64,000 bases of DNA from an uncultured Bacteroidales bacterium (GTDB lineage Bacteria > Bacteroidota > Bacteroidia > Bacteroidales > VadinHA17): positions 1,437,642 through 1,501,641 of the forward strand of contig CAWGJX010000001.1 in the NCBI GenBank assembly GCA_963823065.1. The letters run 5' to 3'. Each line of letters begins with the position of its first letter. The stretch's first letter is position 1. Under the pieces are notes generated by a model, which was not told where the DNA came from, did not search any database, and was given only the letters and a program-made list of their open reading frames with translations. This document shows positions 8,201 to 16,900 of this stretch, in pieces. The translations under genes were made by a program, and so were the position numbers.

Positions 8201-9327
8201 AACAATTCGCCAGCCATGCATACTGGTACCTTCTGTAAATCCTGATCAAGAATATAGGCTGAATAGTTAGGTATAGGCTTTCCGATGTTAACATTTTTTC
8301 CCTGGGTGCATTCGCTGTAAGTTGCAATAACCGTTGTTTCCGTAGGTCCGTAAGTATTAACCATTCGTCTGCCCGGGATTGCCCATCGTTTTGCGAGTTC
8401 GGTGGTGCAAACCTCTCCTCCAAGAATCAGAAGACGGAGAAGTGGCATCTCTTCATTAAGCATCGATAAAAGAGTAGGAACCGTTGAAAAAACAGTAATT
8501 CTGTTTTCACTGAGGATTTTTGAGAGGTTCGGACCACTTTGCATCATACTTTCGGTGCCGACAAAAAGAGTTGCACCTGAATAAAATGCCAGCCAAATTT
8601 CTTCAACAGATGCATCGAATGCAATTGAGAAGCCCTGAAATACTTTATCATCCTGTGTTACACCAAATATTTTTCCTTCGGACCTTACAAGATTGCAAAC
8701 AGCCCGATGGGAAATTCTGACGCCTTTCGGAGTTCCGGTTGTTCCGGAAGTGTATATGGCGTAAGCAGTATCACCTGAATCTGGCTCGATCTGATATTCT
8801 GCACTCTTTAACGAAGCAAGAAGATCGATTTTACCCTGATCCTTATCTAACTGAATTTTTAAACAGGTCAGATCTCCGATCGTCTCTAAAATAGCCGAGG
8901 TTGAAATTATTGCTTTTGCCCTGCAGTTCGAAAGTATAAAAAGTACTCTTTCTGCAGGATATTTCGTGTCAATTGGTATATATGCCGCTCCGGCTTTCAA
9001 TATTCCGAGCATAGCAATGTACATGTCAGGAGTGCGGGGCAAACAAATTCCGGCAAAATCATTTGCTCCGACACCCTGGGACTTTAAATAACCGGCAAGG
9101 TTGTTTGCCCTGTTGTTTAAATCTGCGTAGGTTATTTTTTCATCATAATACTGAACTGCTATGCGTTCGGGATATTTTTTTACAGTGTTTTCGAATATTT
9201 GATGCAAATAGCCACCGGCAGCTAATAAGTGATCATAATCTCCGTCATAACAAAAAGATAAATCGTTCTTGTTTTTTTTTGAAGAGAATTCAACAGATTG
9301 ATAATTTTCGGCGATATTATTTTTCAT
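5296..9327 (-). CDS. Pls/PosA-architecture single-module NRPS: A domain, PCP, then six TM segments interleaved with three hexapeptide-repeat soluble domains; predicted homopoly(amino acid) synthetase
   Basis: 1343 aa. Adenylation core motifs are present (YTSGTTGTPKG, FDASV, NTYGPTE, GELFIGG, YRTGD, GRIDSQIKLRGFRIE, LPSGKVDR), as is the PCP motif FFDLGGHS. The C-terminal about 700 aa has three repeats of [two hydrophobic helices + G.KIGK/GKNV...IG.. left-handed-helix-like domain ending W.GSP]. I recognise no condensation or thioesterase domain. Confidence 0.85.
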   Translation of the reverse strand: MKNNIAENYQSVEFSSKKNKNDLSFCYDGDYDHLLAAGGYLHQIFENTVKKYPERIAVQYYDEKITYADLNNRANNLAGYLKSQGVGANDFAGICLPRTPDMYIAMLGILKAGAAYIPIDTKYPAERVLFILSNCRAKAIISTSAILETIGDLTCLKIQLDKDQGKIDLLASLKSAEYQIEPDSGDTAYAIYTSGTTGTPKGVRISHRAVCNLVRSEGKIFGVTQDDKVFQGFSIAFDASVEEIWLAFYSGATLFVGTESMMQSGPNLSKILSENRITVFSTVPTLLSMLNEEMPLLRLLILGGEVCTTELAKRWAIPGRRMVNTYGPTETTVIATYSECTQGKNVNIGKPIPNYSAYILDQDLQKVPVCMAGELFIGGLGLSDGYIDQPELTNKHFIIPEFKTNPDFPHRLYRTGDRCRFSESGEIEFLGRIDSQIKLRGFRIELTEIESQLMLCKGVQSAAVTVKNGFNGIQLLVAYIIPASFETFDSKAVKGQLKSKLAPFMIPNIFEVVTDLPTLPSGKVDRTKLKDPQSLIEGHHPIDLTDCSPNELKILHLWQKLFSSDQFGVEDNFFDLGGHSLFASQMISELRKDLHMNMLSVRDIYDYPTIRELAGHIDAANLNAVPTEEENIAKNKVKPVVYYSVALLQVLSLFFFYSIATLFAVSPFIIKHFFPELSYNSLAVMCLESVLVSYPLLLLISILFKWLVIGKFKEGVYPLWGFYYFRFWLVKKCVDITPVVLLSGTPFLAIYYRLMGMKTGKNVYLGSDRIRVFDLVSLGNNSSVSKEANLMGYIVEEGMLKLGRISVGNNCFIGARSLIHQNSGMEDDSALLELSMIPENCTIPTGQVWRGSPAKLYKYDYDLLVAAKKKAPYSTSLLKKTGLIIVHSFALLFVLLLPWILLIPYSLALYFLNSLKGIWLTVLMIIPLSAMYIATFCLCTAALKWIVIGKLKPGDIPLNSVLYIRKWFVDSLITLSLLLTKSLYATLYLPLWLRLTGAKIGRRAEISTVNYISTDLLKIGDESFLSDSVNVGPPVVINGYMIIRTTELGTRSFLGNSAVLPSGSKVASGCLIGVLSIIPSLAEDAQMEDASWLGSPPMFLPNRQKSPEFPEKYTFKPTFSLYLIRGIIEFFKISLPFAIASVLMLLFYNYAYVLFKSGNYLKFIYEAPLVLIILSFSTFFIGWFFKTILIGRYHPGAKPLWSTFVWRNEFINSISENLVYPFFESMLLGTPFAPIYFRMMGCKIGKRVFMETTEITEFDLVKIGNETALNFGCTIQTHLFEDRVMKMSDVVIGKACTIGSLSVILYDTTMHDNSLLRGLSLIMKGESLPENTHWQGSPCQLQN
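5299..7422 (-). other. Membrane-embedded polymerisation region: TM1-TM2-C1-TM3-TM4-C2-TM5-TM6-C3
   Basis: Three soluble hexapeptide-like domains lie at about nt 6757-7095, 6034-6375 and 5308-5655. Each is preceded by a pair of long hydrophobic segments. This is the same order described for epsilon-poly-L-lysine synthetase. Confidence 0.65.
7474..7686 (-). other. Peptidyl carrier (thiolation) domain; the phosphopantetheine Ser codon is at 7588..7590
   Basis: GVEDNFFDLGGHSLFASQMISEL. The Ser of GGHS is residue 580. Confidence 0.8.
7738..9210 (-). other. Adenylation domain of the NRPS (about aa 40-530)
   Basis: Motifs A3 to A10 are listed above. The hand-extracted specificity residues are D-A-E-S-I-G-T-V(-I-K). 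Confidence 0.75.
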
Positions 9328-9540
9328 TGAGTTTTTACATGATAGCTTTATTGTCCAAAGTCATAATCACTTTGATCTTTACTATGCAACAGACAAAATC
9401 AGGAGCACTTTTATTCCTGAATAAATAAAGCATTCAAGTCGAAAAAAATTGACTATGAGTTTTGTGCTCATTTTAACATCCTCTTTTATTATACTTCCGG
9501 AAAACAGCTTTTTGTCATGATTCATTTTGAGTTAAATATA

Positions 9541-9548
9541 TATTTTTG
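9541..9548 (+). promoter_or_regulatory. Candidate Bacteroidota -7 box (TAnnTTTG) for glnA
   Basis: TATTTTTG lies 25 nt upstream of ATG 9573. This argues against the TTG 9546 start in the ORF track. Confidence 0.35.
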
Positions 9549-9572
9549 ACCTCTCATTTAAACTTTCAACAG

Positions 9573-11081
9573 ATGGCGAAAAACAATGATATTCTCATGA
9601 ACCAGAATGAACTGGTACAGTTTCTTAAGAAACCCGCAAAGGATTTTACACACGATGATATAATAAAGTTTATCGAAGCTAAGGGTATAACGATGCTGAA
9701 TTTCAGATATGTGGCAGATGACGGGAAACTTAAATCCCTCAATTTTGTACCTTTTAACAGGGATCATCTTGAATCAATCCTTATTGCCGGAGAAAGAGTT
9801 GATGGATCCAGCTTATTTTCATGCATAGAATCAGGATCAAGCGATTTATATATAATTCCCAGATACAGAACTGCTTTCGTCAATCCTTTTACAGAAATAC
9901 CCACACTCGAAATACTTTGTTCGTTCTATAATAATGAAGGAAAGCCATTTGAGAGTGCTCCTGAGCAAATTCTCAGAAAAGCGTATACCAGGTTTAAGAA
10001 AAATACGGGTTACATAATGAAAGTATTTGGCGAGCTGGAATATTATATTAAATCGTTCCACGACGACCTGTATCCTCTTGTTGATCAGAAAGGATACCAC
10101 CAGGCGAGACCTTTTGCCAAATTTGAAGAATTGAGGATTGAAGCTCTCGAACTCTGTGCAAAGGCTGGATGCAGGATCAAATATGGTCATTCCGAAGTGG
10201 GAAGTTTTTCAAAAGATGGTGAAGATTTTGAACAGCATGAGATAGAATTTATGCCCGTGGAAATTGATGAAGCAGTCGATCAGCTTCTGATTGCAAAATG
10301 GATAATACGGATTCTTGGTTATGAATATGGTGTTGAGGTCAGTTTTGCACCAAAGATAACTGTAGGCAAAGCCGGATCGGGTATGCATATTCATATGATG
10401 CTTGAAAAGAATGGTGTGAATATGATGGTTGAGAATGGAAAACTGAGTAATGCTGCAAAAAGAATGATTGCAGGAATACTTGAACTTTCTAAATCTCTCA
10501 CCGCGTTTGGCAATACTATTCCGACCTCATATCTGCGTCTTGTGCCTCATCAGGAAGCGCCAACAAATATTTGCTGGGGAGACAGAAACCGGTCTGTTCT
10601 GATGCGTGTTCCCCTTGGATGGAATGGTGCAACTGATATGATCAGAGATGCAAATCCTGCCGACATCACTGACTTCGCCGGTCTGCCGTCGAAGCAAACA
10701 GTTGAATTAAGATCACCTGATGGTTCCGCTGATATATATAAACTTTTTGCAGGTCTGGTAGTGGCTACTGAACATGGTCTTGAGATGAAAAATGCTCTGT
10801 CAAAGGCCCAGAACCTTTATGTTGATTACAATATCTTTCATGATAAGAACAGTGGCAAAAAGAAAAATCTGGAATCTTTGCCATCATCTTGCTGGGAATC
10901 AGCCGAATGCCTTCTGGCACAACGAGGTTTTTACGAAAAAGACGAAATATTTCCCGCCTATGTTATTGATAATGTAGTATCTAAGCTCCAGTCATTTGAT
11001 GACAAGGGACTCAGCGAAAAACTTTATAATAAAAATGAGGAAATAAGTAAGCTTGTCAGGAAGTACCTTCATTGCGGTTAA
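9573..11081 (+). CDS. glnA: Glutamine synthetase family protein (about 500-aa form)
   Basis: It has the beta-grasp motif VDGSS, the ATP-site motif KAGSGMHIHMML, plus RVPLG and ELRSPDGSADIY. I chose ATG 9573 as the start. Confidence 0.8.
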   Translation: MAKNNDILMNQNELVQFLKKPAKDFTHDDIIKFIEAKGITMLNFRYVADDGKLKSLNFVPFNRDHLESILIAGERVDGSSLFSCIESGSSDLYIIPRYRTAFVNPFTEIPTLEILCSFYNNEGKPFESAPEQILRKAYTRFKKNTGYIMKVFGELEYYIKSFHDDLYPLVDQKGYHQARPFAKFEELRIEALELCAKAGCRIKYGHSEVGSFSKDGEDFEQHEIEFMPVEIDEAVDQLLIAKWIIRILGYEYGVEVSFAPKITVGKAGSGMHIHMMLEKNGVNMMVENGKLSNAAKRMIAGILELSKSLTAFGNTIPTSYLRLVPHQEAPTNICWGDRNRSVLMRVPLGWNGATDMIRDANPADITDFAGLPSKQTVELRSPDGSADIYKLFAGLVVATEHGLEMKNALSKAQNLYVDYNIFHDKNSGKKKNLESLPSSCWESAECLLAQRGFYEKDEIFPAYVIDNVVSKLQSFDDKGLSEKLYNKNEEISKLVRKYLHCG

Positions 11082-12000
11082 TGGCTTGATTTCCTTCCGG
11101 ATTTTCAGCTCTTGCTTCAATAATACTGACATTGAGTTCAAAGCCGATCAGTATAGCTATTGAATTCAGATACAACCAAAGAAGGATTACCATTAATGTT
11201 CCTATTGAACCATACAGTTTATTATACTGTCCAAAATTATTTACATATGCCGAAAATCCCAGGGACGTAATAATGAACAGCATTGTTGCAAGAGTTGATC
11301 CCGGAGAGAAGAATTTAAAACCGGTTTTTTTAGCAGGAGCAAAATAATACAGGAACGATATAGCCAGAAAAAGCAGTACAATAACAACTGCCCACTTAAG
11401 AAAAATCAGGGTATAAATTACAAAGTGCCTTTTAATAATGTGCATGGCTACGAGCCTGTTGAGAGTTGTCTTTCCGAATATTACAAGGAATCCGGCTGTA
11501 GCGATCATAAAGATAATTATCAGAAGTAAAACGACAGATATTTTCCTCTGGTTAACCCATGACCTTGATTTAAAAGAATGAGCTGAAACGACAAAGGCAT
11601 GAATTACAGCATGTATGCCATTTGTAGAGAAGATCACTGTGGCAATAAACATAAATAGCAGAAGACCTCCGCTTTTGTGTGTCACAATATCTATGATGGT
11701 TGTCTCTAAAAAATTAAAGGCGTTAGAGGGCATGATATTCTCAAATAGCCTGAGCAATTCCTGCTGGAAATTTGGGATGGGAATAAACGGTATAAGGGTA
11801 AATAGAAAAATTGAAGCCGGAAGTAAGGCCATAAGCAGGTTAAAGGCGATAGATGAGGCCCTTGTAACAAGGACACCTTTACGAAAGCCTTTGATTACGA
11901 ATGTTATAACATGATTAATTGGAATCCCGTCAAACCCTGGCAGGACCAGTTTTTTAATTCTCTCACTGTTCCCAATATACTGGATTGCCCTGAGGTTCAT
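11056..12000 (-). CDS. YihY/BrkB family inner-membrane protein
   Basis: The 314-aa polytopic protein contains RASSIAFNLLMALLPASIFLFTLIPFIP, typical of the YihY family. Its 3' end overlaps the glnA 3' end by 26 nt. Confidence 0.75.
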   Translation of the reverse strand: MNLRAIQYIGNSERIKKLVLPGFDGIPINHVITFVIKGFRKGVLVTRASSIAFNLLMALLPASIFLFTLIPFIPIPNFQQELLRLFENIMPSNAFNFLETTIIDIVTHKSGGLLLFMFIATVIFSTNGIHAVIHAFVVSAHSFKSRSWVNQRKISVVLLLIIIFMIATAGFLVIFGKTTLNRLVAMHIIKRHFVIYTLIFLKWAVVIVLLFLAISFLYYFAPAKKTGFKFFSPGSTLATMLFIITSLGFSAYVNNFGQYNKLYGSIGTLMVILLWLYLNSIAILIGFELNVSIIEARAENPEGNQAINRNEGTS

Positions 12001-12857
12001 TGCTGGACGGCTTTAAGACTCATATCCAGACTTTTAACATGATGTGTCAAAGCACCTGCCGAGATGAAATCAACTCCGCATTCTGCATATGCTCTGATGT
12101 TTGTCATATCAATTCCGCCGGAAGATTCGGTTTCAAATCTCCCTGATATTTCCTTAACAGCCTTAATCGTATCCTCGATGCTAAAATTGTCAAGCATTAT
12201 ACGATTAACTCCACCTGTAGAAATTATAGTCCTCACATCCTGAATTGACCTTGCTTCAATTTCCACTTCCAGATTAAGTTTATTTATCCTGAGATATTCC
12301 CTGGTTTTAAGGATTGAGTTCTCTATTCCGCCGGCATAGTCGATATGATTGTCTTTTATAAGAATCATGTCGTACAAACCCATCCTGTGGTTTATCCCGC
12401 CACCTATTCTCACAGCTTCTTTTTCGAGAAACCTGAAACCGGGAGTCGTTTTTCTTGTGTCGAGGATCCGTGTCTTTAGTCCCCTGAGCAGTTTAACATA
12501 TTCATGAGTGCTGGTGGCTATTCCGCTCATTCTTTGCATGATATTAAGAACCAGCCGTTCGGCTTTAAGGATTGACTGCTGTTTGCCGGAAACATAAAAA
12601 GCGATCTCTCCGGGGGTTACCAGTGTCCCGTCTTCAATTATGAGCTCAAACTGTAAATCCTGGTCAACTGTTGAGAAAAGCTTAGATGCTACCCTTATGC
12701 CCGCGAGTATTCCTTTTTCTTTTATAAGAAGTTTTGCTTTGCCCTTTGCTTCAGCTGGTATACAAGCCTGAGAAGTGTGATCTCCATCACCTAAATCCTC
12801 AGCAAGGCTTTTTAAAATGAATTCACGCAGAATTCTATCTTCCGTTGTCAGATTCAA
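11997..12857 (-). CDS. nadC: Nicotinate-nucleotide diphosphorylase (quinolinate phosphoribosyltransferase)
   Basis: 286 aa with LDTRKTTPGFRFLEKEAVRIGGG.NHR, IMLDNF and SSGGI motifs. Confidence 0.9.
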   Translation of the reverse strand: MNLTTEDRILREFILKSLAEDLGDGDHTSQACIPAEAKGKAKLLIKEKGILAGIRVASKLFSTVDQDLQFELIIEDGTLVTPGEIAFYVSGKQQSILKAERLVLNIMQRMSGIATSTHEYVKLLRGLKTRILDTRKTTPGFRFLEKEAVRIGGGINHRMGLYDMILIKDNHIDYAGGIENSILKTREYLRINKLNLEVEIEARSIQDVRTIISTGGVNRIMLDNFSIEDTIKAVKEISGRFETESSGGIDMTNIRAYAECGVDFISAGALTHHVKSLDMSLKAVQQ

Positions 12858-13239
12858 TCCGTATCTGATGTATTAATAACTCCTGATCAACTTTCTTTAA
12901 CAGAAAATAAACACGAAAATCTCCTTTTTCTGTCTTAAGGTTTCCGATAGCATATTGAGCATCATTTTTTGCTCCCTCATGACGAATTGTAAAATCTTTA
13001 GTCTGGTATTCTGTAAAAAAATCCTTTAGTATTGTCTCAGCAACATTTTTCTTGTAAAAATCCTCTTTATCAAGGAGAAGTAGTTCAATTGTAGAATTCA
13101 TATACTTCGATAATTCAGTCGCATTTCCGGCTTTAAATGCAATTGATATCCCTGCAGGTATTTTCGTCTGATCCTGAGCGCCAGCAGGTAGAACACTAAA
13201 GGCAATTAATACTAACAGAATAATATTCGTCGGTTTCAT
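12835..13239 (-). CDS. Small secreted protein, DUF4783-like
   Basis: 134 aa with a signal peptide (MKPTNIILLVLIAFSVLPAGAQ). The pattern ...AETILKDFF...F.IRHEG...AIGNLKT..G.FRVYFLLKK resembles DUF4783 proteins that I recall as often lying next to nadC. Confidence 0.5.
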   Translation of the reverse strand: MKPTNIILLVLIAFSVLPAGAQDQTKIPAGISIAFKAGNATELSKYMNSTIELLLLDKEDFYKKNVAETILKDFFTEYQTKDFTIRHEGAKNDAQYAIGNLKTEKGDFRVYFLLKKVDQELLIHQIRIESDNGR

Positions 13240-13372
13240 ATCAATTCAGTTTAATCATTGCGGACAAAAAATCACTGCTTTACAAATTTAACAATATTTT
13301 GATTACTACAGCGATTAAGGAGGACCATTAAAATTATCAACCAAAGCAACCAGCATGAACTCATTCGTCGGT

Positions 13373-13409
13373 TTTATACCCCACACCGCGAAGCGGGAGG
13401 GGGTATAAA
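13373..13409. repeat. GC-rich nested hairpin element
   Basis: TTTATACCCC-aca-CCGC-gaa-GCGG-gag-GGGGTATAAA has a 10-bp outer stem and a 4-bp inner stem, in an AT-rich intergenic region. Confidence 0.7.
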
Positions 13410-13455
13410 GGAAGTTTAAACTAAATTCTTCTGTAATTATCATTCTATTAAATAC

Positions 13456-13463
13456 TATTTTTG
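13456..13463 (+). promoter_or_regulatory. Candidate -7 box (TAnnTTTG) for rlmH
   Basis: TATTTTTG lies 21 nt upstream of ATG 13484. Confidence 0.3.
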
Positions 13464-13483
13464 TAAAAACAGAGGTCCTAAGT

Positions 13484-13957
13484 ATGAAGATTGCATTATT
13501 GCAAACCGGGAAAACAACAGACAGAAATATTTCAGAGCTGGTTGATCTTTATTCCAAACGGATAAAAAAATATATTTCTTTTGAAGTAATCACTATTCCG
13601 GAGCTAAAGAATACCAAAAACATGCCGGTTCCGGAACAACAGATGAAAGAGGCAATCAAAATTATTCAGTCGGTTTCAGATGATGATTATATTGTTTTGC
13701 TGGATGAGAAGGGGAAAGAATACAGAACAATTGAATTTTCATCTTTTTTGGAAAAAGCGTTTCTTCTGCCTAAAAAACGTATCATTTTCATAATTGGAGG
13801 TCCATGGGGATTCTCTGACGCAGTTTATGCAAAGGCAAATCAAAAAATTTCCTTGTCAAAAATGACCTTTTCTCATCAGATGGTACGATTGTTGTTTCTT
13901 GAACAGCTTTACAGGGTATTTACAATTATTAAGGGAGAGCCCTATCATCATGAATAA
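13484..13957 (+). CDS. rlmH: 23S rRNA (pseudouridine1915-N3)-methyltransferase RlmH
   Basis: 157-aa SPOUT protein with IIGGPWGFS and LSKMTFSHQMVRLLFLEQLYR. Confidence 0.9.
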   Translation: MKIALLQTGKTTDRNISELVDLYSKRIKKYISFEVITIPELKNTKNMPVPEQQMKEAIKIIQSVSDDDYIVLLDEKGKEYRTIEFSSFLEKAFLLPKKRIIFIIGGPWGFSDAVYAKANQKISLSKMTFSHQMVRLLFLEQLYRVFTIIKGEPYHHE

Positions 13958-13975
13958 GACATAATCTTTTGAATA

Positions 13976-16900
13976 ATGAAAGTTCATAGATATCCCATTT
14001 TCCTTACATGTCTGACAGGAGTGTTTATCTTACTGGCAATTGCAGCAGAATCAGTCTATTTCAGTGATTTTGAATACCATTTCAGGACAAAGATGTTCAA
14101 CAAAACGCTGATTGAGGAAGAGGCATCTATGGAGAATTGTCTTGATTCAATTAAACCTATTCTTGCCAATGTAAATCACGCCGGTAAAATTTCAGAAGAT
14201 AATTTTATTAAAGCTGAACAGAATAATATCAGCCTGCTTGAGTATGTTGATAATAAACTTGTCTATTGGTCAGATAATGAATTCGATGTACCCTCTGATT
14301 ATGTTGATTCGCTTTTTAATAAACCTCTTATATTTTTACAGAATGGATGGTTTCTTACTAAATCTATTCAAGCCAGGAACGAGAAAATTATTGCCTTGCT
14401 TAGATTACGGACAGATTATAGCTTTGAAAATAGTTTTATTAAAAGTGGGTTTGAAAAAGAGTTCAGAATACCGGATAATGTTGGTTTGAGTTTAGATAAA
14501 AAAGCTTCGGAGTATCACATTTTCAATAAAGAAGGCACTTTTCTGTTTTCACTTTCTTTTCCGGAAGTAAAAGGTAGTACCTATTTTATTCTTTTACCAT
14601 TATGTTTGTGGACAGGAGCATTTTTCCTGATCATTTTGCTTGTCTTCAGGCTGGTTAAGTTGCTTGATAACAGAGATAAAAGCCTGCTTGGAATTGGTAT
14701 TTCATTCATAGTCTTTAGTTTTATTTACTCTTTCATTGTTGTAACAGGGAAACCTCCTGTTATTTTTCAGACAGAGCTTTTTTCACCTTACAGGTTTACA
14801 CTTAATGGCGTCATTCCATCCCTCGGGCATCTGCTGATTTTAAGTGTCCTTAGCGCCGCTTTCTTTTATATACTTTATCGTTATCTCCCGCTTAAAGAGA
14901 TTAAAGAAGGACCATCCGGTAGAAATTACCTGATCCTTTCAATTATGCTAATGATTGGAACTTTAATACTTTTCTTTTATCAATGGATTTTCGGACAACT
15001 GATTTCAACATCCAATATAAATTTTGAAACCTACAAAGTATTGGAAATGAGCAAGTATACTCTTGCAGGTTATGTTGCCTTATTTGTGCTTATCCTGATT
15101 CCGGTGTTCTATTTTTTAAAAATATTTAAGATTGCCAGGTTACTAAGTACCAAAATAGTTATCCTATCAATAATATCTTCTGTTATTGCATTGGTTCTCC
15201 TTTTCTATAATTCACACGGTATCCTTGGTCCTGTTATAGTTGTTTATCTGGTAATGACCATAGGATTGTGGAATTTGTCAGGCAGAAACATCAGACTGTT
15301 CAATCTTACAGTAATATTTTCTCTAATTTGTGGAATCTACTTCCTTTATTTCATCACGATTCTGTCAGAGAAGAAAATTACTGAAAACCTTAAGGTCCAG
15401 GCAGTATCTTTATCTACTGAGCATGACCCGGAAGCTGAACATCTTCTTCTTGATCTATGGCCTGTAATTGAGAAAGACTCCTTGTTGAGCGAGATGATGA
15501 AAGCCGATTATTTTGATAAAGATAATTTTGACAGAATATCGAACTACCTGCAGGAAACTTATTTTACAGGTTTCTGGAAGGATTATCATTTCAGTCTTGT
15601 TTTGTGTCAGAAAGATCAGCCATTGATTATTGAAACTGAAAAGTATCAGAATTGTTTCAGTTTCTTTAATGAACGAATAATGAGAAATGGGCGTAAATTG
15701 ACAGGCACTAATTTTTATTTTATTGATAATCAGGGCGGAAGGTCTGATTACCTGGGAGTTGTATATTATACTTCCTTGAATTTTAAAACAAATGGCCTTT
15801 TCATTGAACTGTACAACGATGTAAATATATTCCAGCCTGGTTATTCTGAATTGCTTGTTGATAAAAAATACCATGGGTACACTGAATTAAAGGACTATTC
15901 CTTTGCCAAGTATATAAACGGGGAACTTGTGCTGATTGCTGGTGATTTTCCGTTTGACAAAACTGATGTTGAATATGTTGACAAATTTTCAGATTTCAGG
16001 ATTTTCAGAACGGATGGGTTTAAACATGTGCTTTTTAAAAACGGGAATACAACTGTTATAATTACCAGGCCGGATCTTACAATCGGCGATATTATTATAT
16101 CTTTTGCCTATATTTTTGCCTTCATTCTGATCGCTTCCAATATTGTTGTTCTGTTGATCAGAAGACCGGTTATGAGAAGAGGGAATCTTTTCAACCTTCG
16201 TCAAAAACTTCAATTTTCTTATATTGGAATCCTATTATTTTCATTTATACTCATTGGCATTGTTGTCGCATATATAACAATCTCACAATACAGAGCAAAG
16301 CACTATGAAAATATTAAGGAAAAGCTTAGTTCAGTTTACATCGATCTGGACAATAAGCTTTCAATGGAAAAGTACCTTTCGAATGATTGGAAAGGTGCCG
16401 GATATTCATCGCTAAATGATCTGCTGATAAAACTTTCAAATGTTTTTAATACTGATATCAACCTCTATAATGTCAATGGATTTCTTATTGCAACATCACG
16501 CCAGGAAATTTTTGACCGGGATCTTATGAGTCCACGTATTAACAATAATGCTCTTACGCATCTTAAATTGTCAAAAACTGAATATTATCAAAAGGAAAAA
16601 ATAGGCACACTTGAATACTTATCAGCGTATGTCCCTTTTTATAATATTGATAATAAAGTAATAGCTTATCTGAATCTGCCTTATTTCAGGATGCAGAGTG
16701 TTCTGGCAAAAGAGATTTCAAATCTGATCGTTGCAGTTACTAATTTTACCTTACTTCTGATCCTTATTACAATGAGTCTTGCTGTATTCATCAGCGGACG
16801 GCTCACATCACCTCTCGCAATGCTGGGTAAGGGTCTTGCCACCGTCGGTGTTGGCAAGAAAAGCGAGCATCTTACTTATAAAGGAAACGATGAGATAGGG

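Noticed and set aside
4591-9327. Calling the NRPS/PPTase operon a horizontally acquired island
   Set aside because: There are no flanking integrase, transposase, tRNA or direct repeats, and the composition looks similar to neighbouring genes by eye. Proper GC, k-mer and synteny analysis is needed before any such claim.
5296-9327. Short ORFs nested in or antisense to the NRPS gene (for example 7467-7697, 7958-8164, 8166-8423, 8402-8720 and 9063-9428), and similar nested ORFs in other long genes
   Set aside because: They are short, have no recognisable motifs, and overlap long ORFs with clear domain content. They are typical spurious ORFs of an AT-rich genome.
11056-11081. 26-nt overlap of the convergent 3' ends of glnA and yihY as a regulatory feature
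   Set aside because: Short convergent overlaps are common in compact genomes. I see no structure or motif that suggests a specific function.
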